24,155 bases of DNA. Source: Fibrobacteria bacterium (GTDB taxonomy: Bacteria; Fibrobacterota; Fibrobacteria; UBA11236). The stretch's first letter is position 1. The number at the start of each line of letters is the position of its first letter. Below are positions 7,334 through 18,807 of this stretch, piece by piece. The DNA is taken from the NCBI GenBank assembly GCA_050486505.1, contig JBJHDK010000013.1, positions 1 through 24,155 of the forward strand. The letters run 5' to 3'. Below the pieces are notes generated by a model that made no database searches, was not told the DNA's origin, and was given only the letters and a program-made list of their open reading frames with translations. The translations under genes and the position numbers were made by a program.

Positions 7334-8860
7334 AAATACCCTCCCCGCCAGAAACCAGACTGCAGTCAGAATGCACGTGACGCCGAGCAGGTCGAGCAGG
7401 ATTCCCACGCGTACCATCTGACCCGAGTCGATCCATCCTGACCCGTACGCGATTGCATTGGGTGGCGTGGCGACAGGCAACATGAAAGCGCTGCTCGCCG
7501 CCAGCGTGACGGGAACCAGCAGCAGCATCGGGTCCCACCCCATTCCCAGCGCCACCGCCGCACAGATGGGAATCAGGATCGCCGCCGTGGCCGTGTTGCT
7601 TGTCAACTCGGAGATGAAGGGGATTGCAAGCGTCACGAGGACGACGAACATCCAGATGGGAAGCCCTTGCATGCCCGCGAGTTGCGCACCCACGAACTGC
7701 CCGACCCCGTTGCGATCAAGTGCAGCCGCAAGGCTAAGCCCGCCTCCGAACAGAATGAGGAGCCCGAAGGGCAGTTGCTTCGCGGTCTCCCAGTCCATGA
7801 CACGTTGCCGGCTTCCTGCGGCGTCACGATCTGCGGGAAGTACGAAAAGCGCCAGCGCGGCAAGGATCGCGATGCCGGGATCCGTCAGGCCTGCAAGAGG
7901 CCGCACGTTCCCGATCGCGATTCCGGAGAGCAGCGGACGAAAGATCCATGCGAAGACCGCAAGTCCGAACACAATGAAGGTGATCTTTTCGCCTCGTCGC
8001 GCCGGACCAAGGCTCCGGATGGCCTCGTGCACGAGTTCCCCTACACCCTCGACGCGAAGTCCGCGCACGGGGAAGACACGCACCAGCAGCATCCAAGCCA
8101 GTGGGAGAAAGAGAAGCACCAGGGGTACTCCCAACATCATCCAGCGGAAGAACCCGATCTCGATGCCGAGGCTTTCCCGGGCGAAGGAAGCGAGAAAAAG
8201 GTTCGGCGGCGTGCCGATCAGCGTGCCCATGCCGCCGATCGATGCAGCATAAGCCAGACCGAGCAACATGCAGTGCGACGTGTTCCGGAAGACCGAAGGA
8301 TCCGCCATGGGCCCCGCCTTGCCTTCGCGAATGAGAAGTAAAACGCTGACGGCCACGGGATATAGCGCGAGCGTCGAAGCCGTGTTCGAGATCCACATCG
8401 AAAGCCCTGCCGATATCCCCATGAAACCCAGCACGAGAATCTCCACGCGGTTTCCGAGCAAGCGCAGCACCCCGTAGGCGATGCGCCGGTCCGCACCCCA
8501 GCGCTGAAGCGACAGCGCCATGATGAAGCCGCCCAGAAACAGGAAAATCAGTTCATTGCCGTAGGGGGAGGCCGCCTCGCGGGCTGTGCCTGCACCCGAA
8601 AGCGGGACGAGCGCGAGCGGCAGCAACGCCGTGGCGTACACGGGAACGGCCTCGGTCATCCACCACACGCCCATCCAGAGCGCGAGCGCGGCCGAGGCGC
8701 GTCCCGCGGAAGAGAACTCGATCATGGCGCCGGAGGCGTCGACGTAGGAATGCGGCAGCAGCCACAAGGCAAGCGCCGCCAGGAACGGGCCGACCCACAG
8801 GCCCGCAAGCCGCAACTTCTCGCGAGCGGGAGAGATGACCGGTTGCACGGATTCGGGCAT
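7331..8860 (-). CDS. DASS/SLC13 family sodium-coupled anion (dicarboxylate/sulfate) symporter
   Basis: WWMTEAVP, SMWISNTAS and SELTSNTAT (the two SNT motifs), GTLIGTPPN, FMLPVATPPNAI. Confidence 0.93.
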   Translation of the reverse strand: MPESVQPVISPAREKLRLAGLWVGPFLAALALWLLPHSYVDASGAMIEFSSAGRASAALALWMGVWWMTEAVPVYATALLPLALVPLSGAGTAREAASPYGNELIFLFLGGFIMALSLQRWGADRRIAYGVLRLLGNRVEILVLGFMGISAGLSMWISNTASTLALYPVAVSVLLLIREGKAGPMADPSVFRNTSHCMLLGLAYAASIGGMGTLIGTPPNLFLASFARESLGIEIGFFRWMMLGVPLVLLFLPLAWMLLVRVFPVRGLRVEGVGELVHEAIRSLGPARRGEKITFIVFGLAVFAWIFRPLLSGIAIGNVRPLAGLTDPGIAILAALALFVLPADRDAAGSRQRVMDWETAKQLPFGLLILFGGGLSLAAALDRNGVGQFVGAQLAGMQGLPIWMFVVLVTLAIPFISELTSNTATAAILIPICAAVALGMGWDPMLLLVPVTLAASSAFMLPVATPPNAIAYGSGWIDSGQMVRVGILLDLLGVTCILTAVWFLAGRVF

Positions 8861-8904
8861 GCGGTGGAAAGGTAATGCGCCCGGGTGAAAAGCCGCGTTT
8901 CAAC

Positions 8905-8933
8905 AAAAAAAAGGCGGTTCCCGAGGAACCGCC
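8905..8933 (-). terminator. Rho-independent terminator of the tRNA-Val gene
   Basis: Minus strand GGCGGTTCC-TCG-GGAACCGCC followed by 8 T, about 37 nt past the tRNA CCA end. Confidence 0.88.
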
Positions 8934-8970
8934 ATCGCGTCAGGAGCCGAGGCCCCAAGTCCCGAATTTT

Positions 8971-9047
8971 TGGTGGACGTTGTAGGACTTGAACCTACGA
9001 CCCCATCGATGTGAACGATGTACTCTAACCAACTGAGCTAAACGTCC
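8971..9047 (-). tRNA. tRNA-Val, anticodon CAC
   Basis: GGACGTTTAGCTCAGTTGGTTAGAGTACATCGTTCACATCGATGGGGTCGTAGGTTCAAGTCCTACAACGTCCACCA: 77-nt cloverleaf, anticodon stem CATCG/CGATG, GGTTCAA T-loop, encoded CCA. Confidence 0.97.
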
Positions 9048-9057
9048 GGGACGGGCA

Positions 9058-9063
9058 AATATA
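9058..9063 (-). promoter_or_regulatory. Putative -10 element of the tRNA gene (TATATT-TGCCC)
   Basis: 10 nt upstream of the mature tRNA 5' end; the same TATATTTGCC occurs upstream of purF (4996-5005). Confidence 0.55.
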
Positions 9064-9127
9064 ACTCCGGACCCCAGGAAACGGAAAGACCGCAGGCGTC
9101 CCCCCCTGAGCTTAACTTTAGCCCGCA

Positions 9128-11167
9128 ATGACCCCCGCAAACGGCCCCGTCCTCCCGCATGCAGAAGCTGTGCCCCCCGTCTGGGCCGGACGCTTCCGGA
9201 AGCTTTCACGCGGGCTTGCCATCCTCACGATCACGCTGGGTGCGCTCTGTTTCCTCAACGCCCTTCTTTGCCGCTTTCAGGGGAGCTCCGGACTTGCCTG
9301 GCCGGGCACAGCCTGCCTCTCCGAGACCGTCGGCCTGAGCTTCATCCTCGTCGGCCTCGGCGCACTTGTCTCGCCACCCCTCCTCCATGGATCGCCACGA
9401 TCACGACGTTCGGAAGTCTTGAAATCGCTGATTGCCGTCACCGTCCTCGTGTACGGGATCCTGGTCGCGACGGAAGATGTCGCTACCGGACTCGACCCGC
9501 TGACCGGATGGCTTTTCATTCTGCTGGGGGCTGCACTTGGCCTTGAGGGATTCCGCGCGAAGGGCTTCGGCTACGTCCGCCAACTGGCACTCTTTTCGAC
9601 ATTCTTCATCAGCGGGCTTGTGCTCCTGGGGTACATCTACGAGTTCCGCACTCACCGGACCGGGATGGTCGACTATCTCGAAATCGCGTGGTCAACGGCA
9701 CTTATCGCGCTGGTCGCGGGACACGCCCTCCTCTTCCAGCACCCCAACTTCGGAATCATGCGCCTGTTGAGCGCCGACGCCTTCGGAGGGCACATCCTGA
9801 GAAGGTTGATTCCGTCCATGATCTTGATGCTGGGGGGGGTCGGCTGGGTCATCACCTACGGCAAGGGACACGCGTGGTATCCCTCCGCATTCGGGGAGGG
9901 CCTTTTCGCCTTGCTTGCGATGGGCGGTTTCTCCATTGTCCTTTTCGCCGCGGCCGGGTACCTCAACCGCCTCGACACGGAACGCAGCGACCGGGAACGC
10001 CGCCTCAAGCGCAGCGAGGACGAGCTCCGCGCGGTACTCGACAATACCGGCGCGATCATCTGCATGAAGGACCTTGAGGGACGCTACATGATGGTCAACG
10101 ACGGCTTTTGCCGTCTCACCGGAATGACCGGGGAGGACGCCTCGGGAAAATCCGCCGCCGACATCTTTCCGGAAGCGGTGGCTGAGGTCATCGAGGCGGG
10201 TCACCGGGAAGCCCTGCGGAAGCAGGCTCCCGTGGAACGTATCGACGACATCATCTACGCGAACGAGAACCGGTGCTACCTGTCGACCAACATCCCGCTA
10301 CTCGATGGAGACGGGAACCCCTACGCGGTCTGCGGCGTGTACACCGACGTCACGGAGTTGAAGAACCAGGAACGGGAAATTCTCCGCCTCAATGAATCCC
10401 TGCGTGAAGAAACGCGCAGACAGGCCGAGGCCAACGCGGAGCTCGAGTCCTTTTCCTATTCCGTGTCGCACGACCTGCGCGCGCCCCTGCGCCACATCGC
10501 CGGATTCGCGCAACTGCTCGCTCAGCGGAACCGGGAGGGGCTCGATGAAAAGAGCCGGCATTACCTTGCTGTGATCCAGGAATCCGTCGGCCGCATGGGC
10601 GCACTGATCGACGACCTCCTTGCGTTTTCGCGCGCGGGGAAGGTCGGTCTCTCACACCGGCGCGTGCGCACCGCCGACATGGTCCGGGAGGTTCGCGAGG
10701 AAATCATGTCGCACCACACCGGCCCCGCAGTGGAATGGGCGATCGGCGATCTCCCCGACATGCTGGGCGACCCGACGTTGCTGCGCCTGGTCTGGGCGAA
10801 CCTGCTTGCGAATGCTGTCAAGTATTCATCGCGGCGCGAGAACCCGCGCATCGAAGTCGGTTATGGACCGGCCGGCGAAGCACCCACCGCCTTTCATGTC
10901 AGGGACAACGGTGCAGGCTTCGACATGCAGTACGCCGACAAGCTTTTTGGGGTGTTCCAGCGCCTGCACTCCGAAAAAGAATTCCAGGGCACCGGCATCG
11001 GCCTCGCCTTGGTGCGCCGCATCATCGAACGGCATGGCGGCCGGATCTGGGCCGAGTCTGCCCCCGATGCAGGCGCCTGCTTCTACTTTGTGGTTCCCGG
11101 AAGCCCGGCCCATCCCGAAGCGGATTCCGCTACAGCCGGAAAAGGAGACGTCCATGAAGCTCCGTAG
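9128..11167 (+). CDS. Membrane-bound PAS-domain sensor histidine kinase
   Basis: Multi-TM N-terminus, PAS (KDLEGRY...NDGFCRLTG), H-box FSYSVSHDLRAPLRHI, N box NLLANAVKYS, DNGAGF and GTGIGLA. Confidence 0.93.
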   Translation: MTPANGPVLPHAEAVPPVWAGRFRKLSRGLAILTITLGALCFLNALLCRFQGSSGLAWPGTACLSETVGLSFILVGLGALVSPPLLHGSPRSRRSEVLKSLIAVTVLVYGILVATEDVATGLDPLTGWLFILLGAALGLEGFRAKGFGYVRQLALFSTFFISGLVLLGYIYEFRTHRTGMVDYLEIAWSTALIALVAGHALLFQHPNFGIMRLLSADAFGGHILRRLIPSMILMLGGVGWVITYGKGHAWYPSAFGEGLFALLAMGGFSIVLFAAAGYLNRLDTERSDRERRLKRSEDELRAVLDNTGAIICMKDLEGRYMMVNDGFCRLTGMTGEDASGKSAADIFPEAVAEVIEAGHREALRKQAPVERIDDIIYANENRCYLSTNIPLLDGDGNPYAVCGVYTDVTELKNQEREILRLNESLREETRRQAEANAELESFSYSVSHDLRAPLRHIAGFAQLLAQRNREGLDEKSRHYLAVIQESVGRMGALIDDLLAFSRAGKVGLSHRRVRTADMVREVREEIMSHHTGPAVEWAIGDLPDMLGDPTLLRLVWANLLANAVKYSSRRENPRIEVGYGPAGEAPTAFHVRDNGAGFDMQYADKLFGVFQRLHSEKEFQGTGIGLALVRRIIERHGGRIWAESAPDAGACFYFVVPGSPAHPEADSATAGKGDVHEAP

Positions 11168-11588
11168 CATCCTGCTCGCCGAAGACAGTCCGATGGACGT
11201 CGAATTGACTCTCGAAGCCCTTCAGGAAAGGCACGAGGTCACAGTCGTCGAAGACGGCGAGGCGGCCCTCGACTATCTGCTTCGCCGAGGTGCGCATGCC
11301 GCCCGGGAACCGGGAAACCCCGACCTCATTCTGCTGGACCTGAAGCTTCCCAAGCTCAACGGGCTCCAGGTCCTTGATGCGATCAAGCGTTCCGACGCCT
11401 TGAAGACCATCCCCGTCGTCGTGCTGACGTCGTCCAAAGAGCAACCCGACCTCAAGACCGCCTACGAGCTCGGTGCGAACGCCTACGTCGTCAAGCCCGT
11501 GGTCTTCGAGGAGTTCATGGATGCCGTCCGGCAAATCGGAAACTTCTGGGCACGCCTGAACGAAACCCCTCCCGTCAAACCGGACTGA
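11154..11588 (+). CDS. Single-domain response regulator (Rcp1-like receiver)
   Basis: AAGGAG RBS, ATG 11154; ILLAEDS, LILLDLKLPKLNG, VVLTSS, AYVVKP, FW. Confidence 0.92.
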   Translation: MKLRSILLAEDSPMDVELTLEALQERHEVTVVEDGEAALDYLLRRGAHAAREPGNPDLILLDLKLPKLNGLQVLDAIKRSDALKTIPVVVLTSSKEQPDLKTAYELGANAYVVKPVVFEEFMDAVRQIGNFWARLNETPPVKPD

Positions 11589-11599
11589 GGCGAAGACCG

Positions 11600-12811
11600 A
11601 TGGAAGCTTCCTCGCATTTCCTGCACGTCGAAGACGACCCCCTCGACGCCGAATACGTGGAAACCCAGCTCAAGGAGGCCGGGCTTCGTTGCGACATTCG
11701 CCGGGTGGAAACGCGCGAAGACTTCGAGCGCGAGTTGAACCGAAACCCTCCCGACCTGATTCTCTGCGACTACAATCTCCCCGGCTTCGACGGACTCGAG
11801 GCCCTTCGCATTGCGCGGCAAACCCACCAGCAAATCCCCTTCATCTTTCTCTCGGGGGGAATCGGCGAACACCTCGCCGTGGAATGCCTGCATCGCGGCG
11901 CCACGGATTATGTTCTGAAGGGAAATCCAGCGCGACTCATCCCCGCCATTCGCAGGGCGCTTGAGGAGGCCGGCATCCGCCGTGCCAAGGCACGCGCGGA
12001 AAAGGATCTCGCGCATGGCGAAAAGATGATCCTGCTCGGTCAACTTTCGGCCGGAATCGCCCACGAGATCAACAATCCAATCACCTACATCAACCTCAAC
12101 ATGGAAACCTTGGAGGACTATGCGCACAAGTTGTCCGGGGCTTTCGGAGAAATCCGGAACCTTCTGGCAAGGGAAGCTGACGATGCCGCGCAAGGATTGG
12201 CATACTGGAACGAGACGCGGGTGTGGTTCCAAGACCAGGAACAGCGCATCACCGATCTTATCGAGGACGTCGGCCAGCTCGCGCATGAATCCCTCGACGG
12301 GGGCAACCGGGTCTCGGAGATCACGCAAAGGCTCCGACGTTTTTCTCGCCAAGAGCGGCAGGAACCCGTGAGCGTCGACCTGGCCGACTGCATGGAGACC
12401 GCCTTGCGCATCGGCTGGAGCGAGATCAAGAACAAATGCGTCATTCACCGCGACTATGCTTCCCCCCCCCCTCCGGTCTCCGGGCACCCGAACCAGCTGA
12501 CCCAGGTTTTCCTCAATCTGGTCGTCAACGCGGCGCAGGCGACTTCCGTGCGCGGGAACCTGACGCTTGAGATCGGGGCCCGTGACGGGCGAGCCTTCGT
12601 CAAGGTGCGGGACGAAGGACATGGTATCGAACCCGAAAACCTCGACAAGCTGTTCGCGCCCTTCTTCACCACAAAATCCGCCGGCACCGGAACCGGCCTC
12701 GGGCTTTACGTCTCCAAGGGAATCGTCGAGGCGCACGGCGGCACAATTCGTGCGGAGAACGCCGAGGGCGGCGGGGCGGTGTTCACCGTCGATTTGCCGC
12801 TCGCGGGCTAA
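11600..12811 (+). CDS. Receiver-histidine kinase hybrid (N-terminal REC, NtrB-like HisKA/HATPase)
   Basis: LHVEDD, ILCDYNLPGFDG, GIAHEINNP, QVFLNLVVNAAQA, FFTTK and GTGLGL. Confidence 0.92.
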   Translation: MEASSHFLHVEDDPLDAEYVETQLKEAGLRCDIRRVETREDFERELNRNPPDLILCDYNLPGFDGLEALRIARQTHQQIPFIFLSGGIGEHLAVECLHRGATDYVLKGNPARLIPAIRRALEEAGIRRAKARAEKDLAHGEKMILLGQLSAGIAHEINNPITYINLNMETLEDYAHKLSGAFGEIRNLLAREADDAAQGLAYWNETRVWFQDQEQRITDLIEDVGQLAHESLDGGNRVSEITQRLRRFSRQERQEPVSVDLADCMETALRIGWSEIKNKCVIHRDYASPPPPVSGHPNQLTQVFLNLVVNAAQATSVRGNLTLEIGARDGRAFVKVRDEGHGIEPENLDKLFAPFFTTKSAGTGTGLGLYVSKGIVEAHGGTIRAENAEGGGAVFTVDLPLAG

Positions 12812-13689
12812 GAGCTCCTGACCGCCTCAATCACCCGCAGTGCTTCGCGCGTCGCGCGCACGTCGTGGACGCGCAGGACCGACGCTCCCTTGAGTGCGGC
12901 ATATACCGCCACGGCGATGCTGGGATGCAGACGATCGCTCTCCTCCAGGCCCGGGGTCTTTACGATGAACGACTTGCGGCTGTGTCCCAGCAGCACCGGA
13001 CACCCGATGGCATCCAGGTCATCGAGCGATTCGATCAATGCATGATTGTCGTGCGGGCGTTTGCCGAAGCCGATGCCGGGGTCTACCGCGATGCGATCCT
13101 TGGAAAGCCCGACCGCCGCGAGCACACGCACGCGCGCCATCAGGTGATCGCGCACCTCTCCGACAACGTCGCAATACGCGGGAGCCTCCTGCATCGTGCG
13201 GGGCTTGCCCTGCATATGGTTGAGAACAACGCCCGCACCGTACGCCTGCGGAACCTCGAGCATCATCGGATCGAAGGTCATCGCCGAGACGTCATTGATG
13301 ATCAGCGCGCCCGCATCGAGGGCGGGGCGGGCAACGGAAGACTTCATGGTATCGACCGAAACCACACACCCGAAGCGGCGAACCAACGCATCGACGACCG
13401 GGATCACGCGCGCGCGCTCCGTCTCCTCATCCACCGCCAGCGCGCCGGGACGCGTGCTCTCGCCGCCGACATCTAGAATGTCCGCCCCGTCAAGCAGCAT
13501 TGCCTCGCCATGCCTGAGGGCTGAGTCGACACCGCCATGAGCACCCCCGTCGAAGAAAGAGTCGGGGGTGACGTTCAAGATCCCCATCAATAGTGGCCTG
13601 TCGCCCCCCAACATGCGGTTGCCAACCCTCCAGGCGCGGGGTCGCATCGTGCGGACCGGAGTGCCCCACGAGGAGAAGGCGTTCGTCAT
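12808..13689 (-). CDS. folP: Dihydropteroate synthase
   Basis: MGILNVTPDSFFDGG, DVGGESTRPGA, DPGIGFGK, SRKSF, RVHDV; follows ftsH. The start codon is uncertain. Confidence 0.96.
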   Translation of the reverse strand: MTNAFSSWGTPVRTMRPRAWRVGNRMLGGDRPLLMGILNVTPDSFFDGGAHGGVDSALRHGEAMLLDGADILDVGGESTRPGALAVDEETERARVIPVVDALVRRFGCVVSVDTMKSSVARPALDAGALIINDVSAMTFDPMMLEVPQAYGAGVVLNHMQGKPRTMQEAPAYCDVVGEVRDHLMARVRVLAAVGLSKDRIAVDPGIGFGKRPHDNHALIESLDDLDAIGCPVLLGHSRKSFIVKTPGLEESDRLHPSIAVAVYAALKGASVLRVHDVRATREALRVIEAVRSS

Positions 13690-13696
13690 GAGATGG

Positions 13697-15817
<2,121 letters not shown>

Positions 15818-15899
15818 GGAATCGGGGCTCCGGAAGACGGGGAAGTCGCAAAATGCGACGGAAGGAGGAAAAATACTCTCTCGGCCGTCCCGAGTCCCG

Positions 15900-16889
15900 T
15901 CAGCCCCCCCCGCCGCGCGAGAAGGCCGAGTTCGTCAACGCCAGAATTCCGCCTTTCTCGCGCAAAACCGTGCGCGAGTCCACCCGCACGCGAATCTCGC
16001 GTGCGCCGGACTCCACTTGCCGAAGAAGCTCGCCCAGCAATTCCGGAGACGGAGCCGCCACGCCGATGACCGGCAACAACCGCTTGAGCGCGGCACCGTC
16101 CATGCCGGATCGCAGCCAGTCGACGGGGATTCCACCCCGTTCGCGCACCTCTTCCTCCGGATGCTCGGCGCGTGCCCATCGCTCATGCGCAGGCAGCAAG
16201 CCCGCCGTCGAGCGCGCAATGCGAAACAACCTGTCGTCAACGGACGCATCCTCGCGGCGCCACGCCGGCAACAAGCGATGTCGCACCCAGTTGCGGGGAA
16301 CACGGGCATCGGCATTGCTCTCGTCCTCGCGCCAGGGAGTTCCAAGCTCAGCCAGCCAAGCGCGCAACGCGGCCCGCGACACGGGAAGCAAGGGACGCGT
16401 CACTCCGTCGTCGCGGCGAAACGGGATGCCGGCCAGGCCTGCCAGTCCCGTGCCGCGCCACAACCGCAGGCAGACGGTTTCCACGACGTCATCACGGTGG
16501 TGCGCGGTGAGGATCGTCCCCGCGCCGAAGCGGGCCGCGCCGCGCAGGAAGGCCGCATAACGTTGCTCCCGCCCCCACATCTCGACGGACTGGCGGGCGC
16601 GGCGAGTTTCGGGATCCAAGGTCTCCACATGCAGGGGAACCCCGCGATCCGCGCACAATTCCTCCACCAGCATCTGGTCGAGCCCGGCATCGGAGCGCAA
16701 GCGATGATTCACATGTACGGCGGAGAGGCGGCATTGGAAACGGGGGATCGCTTCGCGGGTAAAAAACTCCAACAGGGCCACGGAGTCGGCGCCCCCCGAG
16801 ATTCCGAGCAACAGGGACTTTCCCGAAGGGTCGAACCCCTCGTCGGACCAGAAGCGCAGCAGGGAGTCAAGCCAGGAGGGGGAAGACAC
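15900..16889 (-). CDS. tilS: tRNA(Ile)-lysidine synthetase, short form
   Basis: PP-loop [37 protein letters not shown]...RNWVRH; upstream of ftsH. Confidence 0.92.
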   Translation of the reverse strand: MSSPSWLDSLLRFWSDEGFDPSGKSLLLGISGGADSVALLEFFTREAIPRFQCRLSAVHVNHRLRSDAGLDQMLVEELCADRGVPLHVETLDPETRRARQSVEMWGREQRYAAFLRGAARFGAGTILTAHHRDDVVETVCLRLWRGTGLAGLAGIPFRRDDGVTRPLLPVSRAALRAWLAELGTPWREDESNADARVPRNWVRHRLLPAWRREDASVDDRLFRIARSTAGLLPAHERWARAEHPEEEVRERGGIPVDWLRSGMDGAALKRLLPVIGVAAPSPELLGELLRQVESGAREIRVRVDSRTVLREKGGILALTNSAFSRGGGG

Positions 16890-16890
16890 G

Positions 16891-17049
16891 GGGGAAAATT
16901 ACGAATTAAGAATTACGAATTACGAATTGAACACAAGGTAGTGCTGTGTGAAGTTTCCGGATGCCAATCGGATGAAAGTCATGGAACTCCGCCATCAAGG
17001 GCCCTCCCTTTTCATTCGTAATTCGTAATTCGTAATTCCTAGTTTCCCC
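16891..17049. repeat. About 40-bp inverted repeats of AATTACG heptamers enclosing a 79-bp spacer between divergent tilS and crp/fnr
   Basis: Left arm GGGGAAAATTACGAATTAAGAATTACGAATTACGAATTGAA (16891-16931); reverse complement of the right arm (17011-17049) GGGGAAACTAGGAATTACGAATTACGAATTACGAATGAA. Confidence 0.9.
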
Positions 17050-17056
17050 ACCACCG

Positions 17057-17710
17057 ATGCCAACCCCACCCGTCCCGCCCGCTGCGTCCGTACTTCCGTC
17101 GAACTTCCCCGTGCTGGAAGATGCCCGCCTCTTGCGGCGGCTGGAGGAACAGGGCCAGTGGCGAAACTTCAGTGCCGGGGACGTGCTGATCCAGGCCGGC
17201 GAGGTCATCCCCTTCCTTCCCTTGATCACGTCGGGCACCGTGCGCATCCAGCGCGACGACGGAAACGGCCGCGAGATTTTCCTGTACTTCCTGCAGGCCG
17301 GCGAAACCTGCGCCCTCTCCCTGGACTGCTGCCGCGGAGACGCGCGCAGCCGGGTGCGCGCCGTCGCCGAAGAGGACGGGATGTTGCTCGCCGTGCCCGC
17401 GAAGCTCCTGCCCGAGCTCATGTCGGAGTTCCCCGGCTTCGCGGAATTTGCGGTGGACACCTATCGCCGCCGCTTCGACCAGCTTCTGGAGTCCTTCGAC
17501 GCCGTTGCCTTCCACAAGCTCGACGAACGGCTCTGGCAACTTCTGCAGGAGCTTTCCATCGCGCGCAACAACAACAGCCTCCGCATCACGCACGAGGAAA
17601 TCGCGCGGCACCTGGGGTCGACACGCGAGGTCGTGTCGCGACTGATGAAGCAGCTCGAACGCCTGGGGCGGATCCGGCTGGGTCGCAACCTGGTGGAACT
17701 CACCCCCTGA
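17057..17710 (+). CDS. Crp/Fnr family transcriptional regulator
   Basis: cNMP-like beta-barrel (GDVLIQAGE...SGTVRI...GREIFLYFLQAGETC) and HTH ITHEEIARHLGSTREVVSRLMK. Confidence 0.93.
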   Translation: MPTPPVPPAASVLPSNFPVLEDARLLRRLEEQGQWRNFSAGDVLIQAGEVIPFLPLITSGTVRIQRDDGNGREIFLYFLQAGETCALSLDCCRGDARSRVRAVAEEDGMLLAVPAKLLPELMSEFPGFAEFAVDTYRRRFDQLLESFDAVAFHKLDERLWQLLQELSIARNNNSLRITHEEIARHLGSTREVVSRLMKQLERLGRIRLGRNLVELTP

Positions 17711-17743
17711 AAACGCGAAAAACAGGGGTTCCCCCGGGGATCA

Positions 17744-17759
17744 TGTAACCTCGGTCACA
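17744..17759 (+). promoter_or_regulatory. CRP/FNR-type operator 1 (TGTAA-N6-TCACA)
   Basis: TGTAACCTCGGTCACA, 21 nt before -10 TAGACT (17781-17786); centre is 41.5 nt upstream of ATG 17793. Confidence 0.8.
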
Positions 17760-17792
17760 GACACCCCCCTTTCATGCGGCTAGACTTGGCGC

Positions 17793-18791
17793 ATGGATCC
17801 CCTCGTTTTGGCCGGCTATGTCAGCGCCCTCGCCGTGGGCGCGTGCCTCGGCCTGCTCGGCGGCGGCGGCTCGATCCTCACGATTCCCGTGCTGGTGTAC
17901 CTCTTCGGCATCGCGCCGTTGCAGGCCACAGGATACTCCCTGTTCCTCGTCGGCGTGGTCGCCCTCGCGGGCACGATCGGTTACTCGCGCAAGGGATGGC
18001 TCGACATGCGCGTGGCCGCCGTCTTCGTCGCACCGTCTGTGCTTGCGGTGTACCTCACGCGCCACTATCTGCTCCCGTGGCTTCCCGAAACGCTCGCCGT
18101 TTCGCTTGAGGCCGGGGCGCGCCCGCTGCTTCTCCTCCTTCTGATCGCCGCGACGGTCGGCGCCTTCCTGTGGATCCGCGCGGGCAGGCCCGTGCATCCG
18201 GATTTCCGCCGCGCGCTGCTGCTGGCCATTCCCGCCGTCGTGGCCGTCTACGCCATGCGCCGGCTCGTGGTTCCCTCGTTGCCTGAGGAACTTTTCGGCA
18301 TCGCGGGATTCGCGTTGGCCCGCGACCAGGCCATCATGCTGTTGCTGGCGATCGTCATGCTGATCACGGGAGCGCTCATGCTGCGGCGTCGCAACGAAGT
18401 CGCGACGGATGCCGACGTGCCCCTGCAGCCCCTCATGCTGACCCTGCAAGGGGTGTTGGTGGGGGGACTCACCGGAATCATCGGTGCCGGAGGGGGATTC
18501 CTGATTACGCCGGCCCTGATCGCCTTCGCCCGGCTCCCCGTCAAGGTCGCGGTGGGCACGTCGTTGCTCATCATCAGCGTCAACTCGCTGGCGGGCTTCG
18601 CCGGCGACCTCGGGCATGCGGAGATCCGCTGGGGGTTTCTGCTCGGCATCACGGGACTCGCACTCGCCGGCCTGCTCGCGGGCATGCGCCTTGCCGCGCG
18701 GATTCCCGGGCATGCGCTTCGCAAGGCGCTGGGAGTGCTGCTGGTCGGACTCGCGGTGGCCATCTTCGCGCTGGAGGGTTTCGGGGCGTAA
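17793..18791 (+). CDS. Sulfite exporter TauE/SafE (TSUP) family protein with an internal duplication
   Basis: GLLGGGGSILTIPVL...ATGYSL and TGIIGAGGGFLITPAL...AVGTSL repeats. Confidence 0.92.
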   Translation: MDPLVLAGYVSALAVGACLGLLGGGGSILTIPVLVYLFGIAPLQATGYSLFLVGVVALAGTIGYSRKGWLDMRVAAVFVAPSVLAVYLTRHYLLPWLPETLAVSLEAGARPLLLLLLIAATVGAFLWIRAGRPVHPDFRRALLLAIPAVVAVYAMRRLVVPSLPEELFGIAGFALARDQAIMLLLAIVMLITGALMLRRRNEVATDADVPLQPLMLTLQGVLVGGLTGIIGAGGGFLITPALIAFARLPVKVAVGTSLLIISVNSLAGFAGDLGHAEIRWGFLLGITGLALAGLLAGMRLAARIPGHALRKALGVLLVGLAVAIFALEGFGA

Positions 18792-18807
18792 ATGCCATGA
18801 ACGCGTA

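Noticed and set aside
6430..8970. Integrative island at the tRNA-Val 3' end
   Set aside because: No integrase, no duplicated tRNA 3' fragment seen, and the tRNA terminator is intact directly downstream.
16947..16962. Autoregulatory CRP site upstream of the regulator (TGTGA at 16947)
   Set aside because: Only a half site; the second half (CGGAT) does not match TCACA.
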